Notes: generated by a model from the sequence alone, not told the origin. A stretch of DNA of 64,000 nt from Paraspadella gotoi (GCA_051294375.1 CM119271.1:7492162-7556161), one strand, 5' to 3'. Positions 53,181-64,000 are shown, numbered from the stretch's first letter. Numbers and translations: made by a program.

Positions 53181-56100
53181 TCCCCCATACCCAAAAACAA
53201 TCACTGGGTTGGTGACTCAGGGCGTAGTTTCTATCGAGTTTCGCGATTCCTTCGTCGACGTCGTTTGTCCGTAACCATGGAGACGTGATGTGGTAATTTG
53301 ACCAGAAACGAGAGTCCCTTTCGTTGAGGCTGGCGTGGTAAATAAGAACGACCTGGAGATTTTTAAAAATAGTGAACACTAGAAAGGCCTAGAAAAAAAA
53401 AAGCTGATTGTGTTTCTCTTTTCATTTATATTTAATAAATAACGCTCAGAAAATGAGGCTCGCCTGCTTTTCTTCTTTCCATAAATTCGCCAAGGTCAGT
53501 TGATCGTAGGAGCGGACAGACGCGAGCTTCGATCCGAGAATTTCGGTGATAAGCCTTTATGCAATATTGATTCGTAGTTTATAAAATAGAAGTATTTGAG
53601 AGATGTGATTAAATGGGGGAAAAAAATTATAAAAAAAAAGGAATTAACTTTGTTGAATCCTGAACTTTTGAGAAACAAAATTCTACAAAAATTCAAAATA
53701 AAACTGGGATAAAAAATTGAAAAAAATTTCTAAAAAAATTTGGTAAAAAACACTTAATAAAGTAAACTGCTCTTAATAAAAAAAATTGTGAGAAAGCTGG
53801 GTAAGGCGAATATAATTTGTGTAACTTGCCTGGCGAAATTTCTATGGTCCGTCGACGACATTCCGTAAAAATGATTAATATCAATAATTACGACCTCCTT
53901 TGGGTGATTCGACAGGAATTTGTTTACTGCCATCAAGCCTTCTTTCGCAGACTGTGAAAGAGTTACGGATAATGAAATTGTTCATAGTGATATAATCTTA
54001 ATGAACTACAAGGTAGAAATCCAAAGAGGAAAACAAAAATTAGAAAATTATCTTTTGACAATTAATTAATTGTCAGGTTACACATAAGTTACCGTTCGTG
54101 AAAAATAGACGGGTTTATTTTATTTAATACCTGCGCGTATAAAGAGTGGAGAAGATAGATGTCCCCATTCTTCGATTCCCGAGATGCGACTCTAAAATCC
54201 AGATACCGAATTCCAGCTTCGAGTTGTTGTTCCAAAGTTAGCGCTTGCGTCACTCCCCAGTTATATATTATTTTTTTCGCGGCTTTTCCGAAAAAATTAA
54301 TAACCTGAAGAGACAGTAATAATTGTTATGTGTTAGTGACAGAACCGTTCAATATAAGCAGTCCTTGAGCTTCGAATAAGGCTGTAATACCATGTTACTT
54401 GCGGGTTAAGCTAGGCGACCACCGGGCTAGAACCCCGGATCTTTGGGTTGGGAGGTGAATGACTTTCCTCCGGCACCAATGGCCGCTGATGAACGGTTGG
54501 TGGATTTTAGTCCACCATATATCCCCCCCTCCCGTAGGGATAAGTCTGTTGCGTCTCTTCAGTTAATTTTTGTTGTTGTTGTTGGAAAGTTCATCACCAA
54601 GTTGAGGTATGTCACCTGATGTGTTGTTGCTGTTGTGTTCGGAAGTCGGGCTCACCAATGAAGAGACAGTAATAATTGTTATGTGTTAGTGACAGAACCG
54701 TTCAATATAAGCAGTCCCTGAGCTTCGGATCAGGCTGTAACACCATGTTACAGGCGGGTTAAGCGCCCCGTCCCTCTTAACTGCTAGGCGACCACCGGGC
54801 TAGAACTCCGGACCTTTGGCTTGGGAGGCGAATGACTTGCCTCCGGCACCAATGGCCGCTGATGAACGGTGGATATTAGTCCACCATAAACCTGAAAATT
54901 GGCGAGAGATAATGTGCTTCATTTTTTTAAAGAATTTCTATAAACAGTGTTTATTAAACACAATGTTTATTAAACACAGTGTTTATTAAACACGGTACCT
55001 TGATAAGCGTTTCAGACAAATCAGGAGATGGACCTAGTTCCGCTTTGTAATCCAGCAAAGCTGTGAAAGAGTCGTGTGATCCGGGAATCGCTATTCCTGA
55101 AAACATAAATAAACTAATTATTAAAATACTAATGTAATAATTTACATCGAAAATGAAAAGTCTTTAAGTCTTTATGTTTAATCTGTGACAGAAAGTCTGT
55201 TCAAATAAAGTTTTAACTAAGGATTCAACAAAGTTAAAAACAAAAACAACTGCAGCGATGGCGATAAAAAAAAACTTAATCCTTTCCGATTATTTCAACT
55301 TTGTCAAGTTAGATAAAAAAGCCAGACTCAAAGACGTCGTAGAGATTTTCTGAAGAAAAAATCCAAGATGGCGGCTGAACCCATGAATTCCAAAGACGAA
55401 GATACAGACGACGATGACGACGAGTCTCAGTTGACGAACGATCGGGAAAATGTTGTCACATTTAAAGTAACCGGTTAGTTCATTCGTGGCGGGAAGAAGG
55501 CCGGTCGGAGATTTACGCCTTTTCGACCCGAGGTTTTTTTTTTTTTTTTTTTTTTGTTCCTCAGTGGGGTTTTGCTTCCCATCTTTGCCCAAGGCCGATG
55601 AGAGCCAACAACAACAACAGCAACAACAACAACAGCAGCAGCCGCAACCACCGAAGCCGCCGGCTGCTGTAAAGTTTTTTCACTGTTCGTTTTTCATGTT
55701 TCCCGAGGATGTGAAGCCGGTAGAAGCCGACGTTGTGATATTTCATCAAGGTAGACGTTTTCGGTCTGAAAAAAATCTTTCAATCACTAATAGCTATAAT
55801 AGTAAGGAGCTATCTTTGACGATTGAAACGACAGAACCCATGGGCTACATCGCCAAAATCTACACCGAGGACAACGAGCCTCAAGTGACTGGAGTTTGGG
55901 TGAACAAATCGTCGTCGTGGATCGCGTGGGAGCATCGATTGAGAATCAACGCCACCGCGAAATGGATCCCCAATCTCGTCGACCACGCCGTCGACGTCCG
56001 CCTCTGGGACACCCCGGACAAGGTGTCGCCGAAAGCGAAAAACGACAAACCGAAAATGTTCAAAATGTTGGAGGGCACGAACCTGCAACTGCGCGACAAC

Positions 56101-57975
56101 GTGAAGAATCTGGTCATGAACATGTCGCAACATTTCCCCGTCTGCGGTCGAGAGCTGCAATTGAGGGGATGCGACGAGCGCAAGCTTCCCCACGTAATCG
56201 AGGCGGAACCGGAGCCGGAGCCGGAGCCAAAACCGGAACCGGTCGTGCCCGAAGTACCCGCGGAACCTCCGAAGACTCCGGGAAAAAAAGGCAAGGGTGG
56301 CAAGTCCGGAAAGAGCAGCCCCAAGAGTAAATCGGGAAAGAGCACGCCCAAGAGTAAATCGGGAAAGAGCACCCCAAAAGGAAAACAGGAGAAGGTGAAA
56401 ATATCCCCCGAGGAAGTGGCGCGAAGGCTCAAAGAGCAAGAGGAGGAGGCCAGACGGAAGAAGAACGGGATCGTTGGCGTGGCCCTCGATATGAACCCTT
56501 TTTTCTCTGCCAACCGTGTCGAATGGACCAACCGGTTGGACGTTCCTTATAACGAAGTCCAGGATATGTTCGTTAAGGTGAATTCTAGAGAACAAAACGC
56601 TTTCACATCGTATGTCATTCTGAACGCTCTGTTTCTCTTCCAGATTTCTTTGGACGAACCTCTCCTGTCTCCAGAAATTCAGCAGGAACTAAACCCATTT
56701 ATTATCGACGTTTCCTGCGTCCGCGATCTTCCGCCACCGATGAATCCTCAACCCGTTCCTGACTACATGAGCTACCAATTCCCGACTCAGCCTCACCGCG
56801 TCCGCCAAGGAGTCCGACGAGGACGCGAGGTGTTCTGGGACGATCTGCACGTCATTCTAGTCGGTCTCTTACCGGAATCTCGGCTCCGGGAGATCTTTCT
56901 CGATCCGCCGATGACCATCGAAATTCACGATCGAGACAGGAAAGACGTTCCGGTTCCGGCGAATCGCTTCGAAGATCGTTATGTGGATTGCGGCAACCCG
57001 AATTGCCCGCACACGCCGAACGAGCCATGCTATCGTCCGCGAAGATGGGAAGAATACGGGATAGCGCGCTTAGATCTCTCGCCGCTTATCTTGGGACAGA
57101 GGGGTTTTCACGCAACGATCCCTATCGTGCCGGCTCAACCGCCGGACCCGCTGGCTCGTAATCCAAGAGTAGATCTCAAGCGGTTACGACGCGACATCAA
57201 GCGGGGAGAGAAGACGGAATGGAACGAATGGCCGGTTGAAAAACTGGTGCCGCCGCTGGTGGCGCCAAAGGCGCCTTATTTGGAGGAGGAGTCGTCTCTG
57301 GAGGTTCGCGTGGAACTCGCTGTCAAACTGAAGCCGCTTCAGGCCGTGACTAAAGCGGGACGGCCGAAGATCGTGGACGAGGCGATCGCCGGTGGAGAGG
57401 GTCGAGAAGGCGGCGAGGGTTCGAAGAAGGAAGAGGGGTTGGAACCGGAAGTCGTCGTCGAAGCGGGATCCGAGGAAGGGGAGGAGTTCGATGGAGAAGA
57501 CGGCGCCAAAGAATCCATCAAACCGGAGAAAATCGAAAACGCTTTCGGAAGAATCGTCTTGAAATTCTCCGGCGACAATCGACGACTCATGCTGAGCATT
57601 TATCAAATGGTCGCCAACATCAACGTCGAGGCGTTGGGATTTCAAGAGATTCCCGAACACACGACCAGCTTCGCCATGGCGGCGAGGAGGCTCGCTCCCG
57701 AAGAGCGGGAGTCGATCGAGTTGAACGTCATTTCTGGTTTTCACTTCATGGATCCCGTCATTCAAATCATGGTGCTGGAGGGCGTGGCGGAGAAAGGGAT
57801 TCTCAATCTTTGGGAGGATTTTTCGAAGATGCTGACAGACGATCCCTATTTTACGATCTTTTACAATTCCTGCATCAGCTTTGAGGAGGTGAATCGCTAG
57901 TTTGACGTTTCGAATAAACGCTTGAAAACTAAGTCGCGGCGTTCGTTTGTTCTTTCTTTGTTCTTTCCTTTTTTT

Positions 57976-58067
<92 letters not shown>

Positions 58068-58578
58068 GATTTTTTTTCGATAATGATTAAAACCAATTTC
58101 CGAAAACACCATAACATCGAAAAGCGTCTTATTGAGTCGCGACCAAAATGATAATGACAGCGGTGATAACGATGATTATGATTATGTCGCTTCCCAGAGA
58201 CTTTACATCCGGGAGGAGGTTGACCTCATCCGTGTTACTCTGTGGAGTCCGCTTATCGACTTTGTTTCCAAGTCGTTGACTTTCGTCCGTGGGATCGTAA
58301 GGCCAGAAACTTTCGATGCGCTGTTGAGGCTGAAAGGAATCGTCTTTGCTCAAAAACTCAGAGACGTCGTTCACAAGGACTACTTTCCCACGCCAGGTGT
58401 GGAAGGGGTGAGAATTCATTCATTACTCCGATAAAAAATTAAATAAAAATTCGTAGTATGTATGGGAAAATAAATATAAAAAAGAATTAGTTTAGGATAT
58501 TTCATTACTAAATTCGATTCACTTAATTTACCGTTTATCTGCAGAATTAAACGGAAATAGCTGAAACATTGCTGATGC

Positions 58579-58651
<73 letters not shown>

Positions 58652-59487
58652 TCGAACTCGATTTTCACTACTGCTAGCAATTTTCGTAGTATCGGCTTCC
58701 ACAAATCACAATACTAAGTATTTTCGTTTCACGCTTCTCAGTGATGTTAGACTCGCTGCAGAAAGAATTCGGGATCCCGCTTGAGCAAAGATTCTTCGAC
58801 GGGTTTCAAACCATCATCCCAAGAACCAAAATTATTCCGGAAGTTCATGAGTCCTTCCAGGAGGAGAGTCCCGAGCCGCCCGAGTTCACCAGCGCCGAAA
58901 GATTGGCCATCAGGAATCAGTGGCAAGAGAACGCGCCCAAAAAAGCAGAGAAAAAAATTTCGGAATGCGCGGCGTCTCGAAATTCGTTCATCGCTTGCGA
59001 AGTCCGTAGTTTGGAATTACTCAGACAGATTTGCGATTTGACGTGAACATTTAAAATTTCTCAATGGAAGAGAGTAAAATATAATATTCAATACCTTTTT
59101 AATTGCTTTTCATATCCGATTTATTTCCAAAATACTATACGGAAATAGGAAAGAGTGCAACAAGGGTTTTAATTTTAGTTATACCTACACTGTAGGTCCT
59201 ACAGTCTTTCTGTAATGAAAATATCGAAATTTCGACGAATATCTTACCAGTTTTTTTTCGTGTATTTTAGACAGATTACCTGAAAGTGGCATATTTTGTA
59301 TTTTTGTCGGAACCGTACTCATCCAATCGGAATTTGAATTGCTGAAAGATGTCTTCAAGAAGTTAAAAACTTCAACGTTTTCAGCCATTTTTTGGAGGAA
59401 CAACTTCTGGACCCCATACGGCGTCGGCTTGGTAGAAAATACATTTTGTACTGAAAACAAAAAGACGAAAATCGCTAACGGCGTCAT
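52896..59487 (-). CDS. PLCXD: PI-PLC X domain-containing protein
   Basis: Seven exons: 59280-59487 (..DWMSTVP..MPLS), 54999-55096 (GIAIPGSHDSF), 54131-54304 (WGVTQ..QLEAGIRYLDFRVA..YLLHSLY), 53830-53951 (FLSNHPKEVVIIDINHFY), 53464-53554, 53191-53352 and 52896-53108 (VTQGVLTP..VNVVVVDFV..VINLN). All phases are consistent. Confidence 0.93.
54306..54888 (-). mobile_element. Non-autonomous LTR retrotransposon (TRIM), 583 bp
   Basis: 5' LTR 54659-54888 and 3' LTR 54306-54519 (TATGG...TTCA on -). PBS TGGTGAGCCCGAC follows the 5' LTR; PPT GGGAGGGGGGA precedes the 3' LTR; TSD GGTT at 54889-54892 and 54302-54305; 139-bp non-coding interior. Confidence 0.9.
54787..54859 (-). other. 73-nt tRNA-Gly(CCC)-like module inside the 5' LTR (second copy 54414-54486); not a functional tRNA call
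   Basis: 7-bp acceptor stem GCGGCCA/TGGTCGC, anticodon loop CTCCCAA, T-arm CCGG(A/G)-GTTCTAG-CCCGG and A-box-like TGGTGCCGGAGG; D and anticodon stems are imperfect. Confidence 0.6.
55368..59046 (+). CDS. CFAP92: CFAP92/KIAA1257 (DUF4550)-like cilia/flagella-associated protein, nested antisense in PLCXD intron 1
   Basis: Exons 55368-55473, 55565-55750, 55835-56577, 56644-57888, 58198-58396 and 58742-59046 (3' end tentative). Motifs include WIAWEH..VRLWDTPDKVSPKAK, ELNPFII, IEIHDRDRK, YGIARLDLSPLILGQ, FGRIV, VISGFH..IMVLEG, RLY and EFGIP. Confidence 0.8.
57981..58066. repeat. (CTTT)n microsatellite in an intron shared by both strands
   Basis: Seen directly. Confidence 0.9.
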
Positions 59488-60256
59488 ATTGACAAGGACA
59501 ACGATCAACCGAGAAAAAAAAATTTATATCATACGATATATATACGAACACGTTGCATAACTTGGTCGGAAATTTACCGCCGAAATTGTGGAAATTGTGG
59601 TAAAGGCGAGGAAAGTTATTGGATTAAAATAGTATAAACATGAACTTAATTTTGGTTTTTGATTGGAGTTACAGTTCACATTAATATATTTATATCAGTC
59701 ACTCGGCAAATTGATAAATAATTACTGGTTTTAAGACTAAGCATTAACTGGCGTGTCGTGGGAACTCACGACTGTTTTTGGGTGGTTATTAAAAAAGAAG
59801 ACATAAAATTCGTGTTTCGATCTTTTGAATATCGACTTTATTTATTCTCGCCACTTCTCTCTTATTTTGCATCGAATTTGAGGAAAATTGTTCCTGAGAT
59901 AAACTTTATAAACTTCCAATTGTTGTTGTTGTTGACGTTGTTGTTGTCACCAAACAATCAAACCAGATGATTCGAGCGAAACAGACTTCAAATAAATTTA
60001 GCTTCGGCTTTACCTTTTTTTTTCAATTATCTGCCCTCTTCCCCCACTTCTTTTTCTCGTTCCAATAAATTATTCCATTACCAAGCACTTCACTGCACAT
60101 TGAGTGCCTCCTTCACACAGTAATTGCACTAAGTAAGCCTTTAAGATAACACAAATATAATCGACCCGTTAAATCAATTCATGATTGGTTCCTGAGACTA
60201 TTGCTGATGGCTTTGTTATTGTTAATACTTTTTTTTCTTCCTCTCTCTCTCTTTCT

Positions 60257-60328
<72 letters not shown>

Positions 60329-61430
60329 TCTTTCTTACGTATTGATGTTGTTGTTGTTGTTGTTAGAAAAGGAGGAAATATCACGAAAAAGAAACTTTCG
60401 CTACAATATCAAGTTTGTTGTTGTTGTTGTTGTTGTTTCTAGAAAGCCCTTAGAAGTAAAAGAGATCGTTCAAAGAGAACGACTGAAGTTGTTGCTGTTG
60501 TTGTTGTTATCGTCATGAAGACAACGTCGTCGTCGTCGTCGACAGCGTCGAAGTTCTTACAGAGTAAAGATCGTTCGAGGAGAAGAAAGAAGATGGCAGA
60601 TCTCGTTTTATGTTTGTTTACATCTTTTTCTCATTTTTGATCGATTAAAACTTTAATTTAAAAATTTCACTTCACTCTTTCCCGCCATTGGTTAAAGTTA
60701 AAAAAAGTTTTCTGAGTGCGCACATGACAACAAATAATGAAAAAGACTTATCATTATTTATAAATTATTTATACCTGTGATATTTTAGAATTGTCGAATT
60801 CTGTGAAGCAATGACTGAGCTTACAATTCAGTTACAATATTCCTTGCACTCTCCTCTGTACATTTATGGTACCATTTGTTTTTTGATCCAGTTACTCTAT
60901 TCGCGCAAGCGCCATTAGAGTTCACAAACTCGACCAAGATTCTCATTGTATTGGTCAGACCTCATGGTAGCGAAAAGAATAAAACCCAATATTTTTCTCG
61001 CTTCGTGTCATTTCCTTCTTCTCCTGGTTTAAATTTCGGTCCCATTCAACCGTTTTCATCATTCAGGAGGATAAAAATGGGCGGAAAATTAGTTTACTTG
61101 TACAAAACACAATGACTGTGCAACGAAAAAGTTGTTGTTGTGGCATTTTCTTTTCAAAATTTCTTTTTCCTTCCCGCAAGTAAATTTTCTTGTATTGCAG
61201 ATGGAGGTCGAAGGAAAGGTTTCGCCCGCTGGATCGTGGACGGACGACCGATGTTGGAAACGACTCTCAAGGCTTGACCCTCTCGTCGAGGCGCTAACGG
61301 ATCGTCAGTCCGGCTTGACTTAAAAAATTTACCAGTGCCTCCCCATTCGGTTCGTCTCTCACTCTCTCTCTCACTCCCTCTTTCTCGTTGAAGTTCTAAT
61401 ACATAAACACAATGGTTGAACGTAACCCTT

Positions 61431-64000
61431 ATGGCTGGTCGTAAAAAAATCAAAGGCCGCGCGTTGACATTGGCCGTCGTCCTCGTGGCTTGCGTCGGAT
61501 TCCGCGTCTCGCATCAGCTCCACCTTCGTTTCGAATCGCTTCCCGAGGATTCCACAGTGTCGCCCAACGGCACGGTGACTTTGCATTGCGACGCGGAACG
61601 GGTCTTCGGCGAGGAAGAAGCCAAAGCCCCCGTCGAGATCGAATGGAGAAAAGACGGGGAAAAATTGAATCTACTCTCGAACGACTCGTCGGCGAGAATT
61701 TATCAGCTCTCCAATGGATCTCTCGTTGTGCAAAGATTCGAGTCGCGTTCGGATCGCGACGATGGAAATGAAAATACCGACGAAGGTCGATACCGCTGCG
61801 TGGCCACCGGTCCGGAAGGAGTTCTTCTTTCCAAGTCCGCGACAGTGAAAGCGGCCGCGACCCCATTTTTTCCCGACGATGGTCATCCTCAATCTACCTC
61901 TGTTCACCGCGGCGGCGCGGCCAGGTTCCGTTGCTCCGTCGGCGATGGGACCGAACCGCCCGTCGAATACTCATGGAAGTTTAATCAGGGAAATCTACCT
62001 CAAAACTCACGATTTACCGTCATACCTGGAGGCGCTTTGCAAATCGCAGACGCGCGTTTTTCTGATTCAGGTTTCTACCAGTGTATTGCATCCAATATTG
62101 CAGGCGTCGCATTAAGCAACAAAGCTTTTTTAAATGTTTTACTTGGCCAAGATGATTCAACTACCTCAAAAAATATTGAAACCAAGCCTTTAGTTATGAG
62201 AGCCAGACCCTCGAATGTTTCCGCTCTTATTGGCACTGATGTAGTTTTGGAATGTTTGCCCGATGGATATCCATATCCTGAAGTGAGTTGGTTTTTTTCG
62301 ACTGGACACCCGATAGACACAACAAATAACTCCCATTACACGATTTTTGGTCGGGGTAATCTCATGATTATTGGCGCAACCGAACAGGACAGGGGCTTAT
62401 ATGTTTGTAAATCAACGATTCCAGGCTCACTATCTTCTATATTAACATCTGCGTTTGTTGAAATGCTAATTCCACCTAAGTTAATCGAAACACCCAAGAG
62501 CTTTTCCTTACCAATTGCTCAAACTGCGAGATTTACTTGCCTCTCTGATTCTTCTACTTACCCAACTCCGATCACAAATTGGTATAGAAATGGAATGGCC
62601 GTGAATTTCATTGGAAGAATAAAGAAAATGGATGGTGGAAAAACTTTATTAATATCCCAGCTTACCACTTCGGATGATGGAATATATCAGTGCATAATAG
62701 AAAATAAAGTAGGGTCAGTTACAGCCGCCGCAAAGCTGACGGTAAATATATCAGGTAACGAGCCTGCATCTCCGACAAACCTCAAAGCACTTAGTCTGAA
62801 AACCACTTCTGTAACACTTGAATGGGAAGCAGTTTTGACATCTATTTCTCGTCCTATTGTTGCCTATTCTGTTCATTACTTCCAAACCAAAGGAGGTCTC
62901 GAGTTTCAAAAAATTGAAATGGAAAACAGGGCTTATATCACAGAGTTAAAACCATTCACCAACTATACATTTTATGTTGTCGCTTATAACAAAGAATCTG
63001 CATCGGAACACTCCAATTATTTAACACTTACCACAAAAACCTCTTTGCCATTAGCAGTGCCAGATTTTGTCGTAACTCCAACCTCTTCAACGAGCCTCAG
63101 GCTCGATTGGAATGAACTCCCAATCGAAAAAACAAGAGGTATAATTACTTCTTATAAGATTTTGTTGAGGTCAAAAGTTGATCCCGAAATTACCGTTCGA
63201 GAAATTGATGGAAAAGAACGGCGATTCACATTAACTGGACTAAAGCCTGGAACTTCATATGACGTGTAAGTTTCCCAATAAAAAAAAGTAAATATTCTGA
63301 AATAATTTTAAACAAAAATTCTTTATCCTAATTTTCTTTCAGACTATTGCTTGCTGGAACGACTGTCGGTTATCCTGTTTACAATGAAGAAATGTGGAAA
63401 ACTGTGTCAATGCCTGCTCAAAATTTAATTAACATATTGAAATCTCCGTCAATGAACGTTAATATCTTAAACGCAACCGCAGTCCTCATAAACTGGAACT
63501 CAAATGCCAAAAACGTCATGGGATACAAACTATTTTACAATAAAGAAACTGAGTCAGTGTACGGACCTATTATTCATATTAAAGATGTTACGTCGCATTT
63601 ATTATCCGATCTACAGCCAGGATCTGTTTACATTTTTAAGTTGGTTGCCTTTAATATAAATGGTGAGAGTGGCCCGGTTACACAATCTGTACATTTACCA
63701 TCGAAGTTCCAAACTACTACTGTTGACCTGGGAGATCAGCCAAAAATGATTGAAAACACAGAGAATAATACTAGAAGTTCTTATTTGCCACCTCCTCCAC
63801 ATAACATTCGAATTGCTGTAAGGTCACCAGATTCAGTCAGTATTTCTTGGCAGCCCCCTTTCCAGCATAAACATTCTTATAATACTGAAGTTGTCAGATA
63901 TACGATTAAATATAAACCCTTTATTACAAATCGCCCATCAGATCCTAACATTTCTTTGTACAAGTACAAACAAAGTGCAAGAACAAAGATTTTAGTGACG
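61431..64000 (+). CDS. PRTG: Protogenin-like / DCC-neogenin family receptor (signal peptide, 4 Ig, FN3 repeats), 3'-partial
   Basis: Exon 61431-63265 holds four Ig domains (DEGRYRC, DSGFYQC, DRGLYVC, DDGIYQC) and most of two FN3 domains (LKPFTNYTFYVVAY, LTGLKPGTSYDV). Intron 63266-63342 (GTAAGT..TTTCAG). The next exon runs from 63343 to the window end (LLAGTTVGYP.., LQPGSVYIFKLVAFN). Confidence 0.85.

Noticed and set aside
54480-54520. CTGATGA in the LTRs suggesting a hammerhead-ribozyme retrozyme
   Set aside because: It lies antisense to the PBS/PPT orientation, and no stem II plus GAAA core follows.
54787-54859. Functional tRNA-Gly gene
   Set aside because: Mismatched anticodon stem, weak D arm and a shifted T loop (GTTCTAG), inside an LTR; treated as tRNA-derived only.
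55486-57900. 804-aa single-exon ORF as given in the track
   Set aside because: It begins inside an intron and reads through two 3n introns; replaced by the spliced model starting at 55368.

Overview
This is a gappy eukaryotic (animal) draft assembly window, AT-rich and microsatellite-rich, with compact intron-rich genes. Six genes were rebuilt by hand from splice sites and reading-frame phase: TRAK/Milton (-), a single-domain LAMP (+), DDIT4/REDD/Scylla-like (-), a PI-PLC X-domain gene PLCXD (-), a CFAP92/KIAA1257-like gene (+) nested antisense inside PLCXD intron 1, and a protogenin-like Ig/FN3 receptor (+) that runs off the right end. The 3' half of TRAK appears twice (about 20.2-27.6 kb and 30.0-37.6 kb), separated by the 5' part of a BEL/Pao LTR retrotransposon and an N-gap; this is most likely two uncollapsed haplotypes. 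The most striking object is a 583-bp non-autonomous LTR element (TRIM). It has a 4-bp TSD, a tRNA-Trp-like PBS, a PPT and a 73-nt tRNA-Gly-like module in each LTR, analogous to the 5S-bearing Cassandra elements. It inserted exactly on a PLCXD splice acceptor and rebuilt the acceptor from its own terminal CA; a solo LTR of the same family sits in a TRAK intron. Also present: two consecutive GC-AG introns, a 920-bp TA-flanked foldback MITE, smaller palindromes and dispersed repeats. Positions 1-20 kb are mostly low-complexity or gap sequence with no confidently assignable gene. All homology calls rest on recognised motifs, not database searches.
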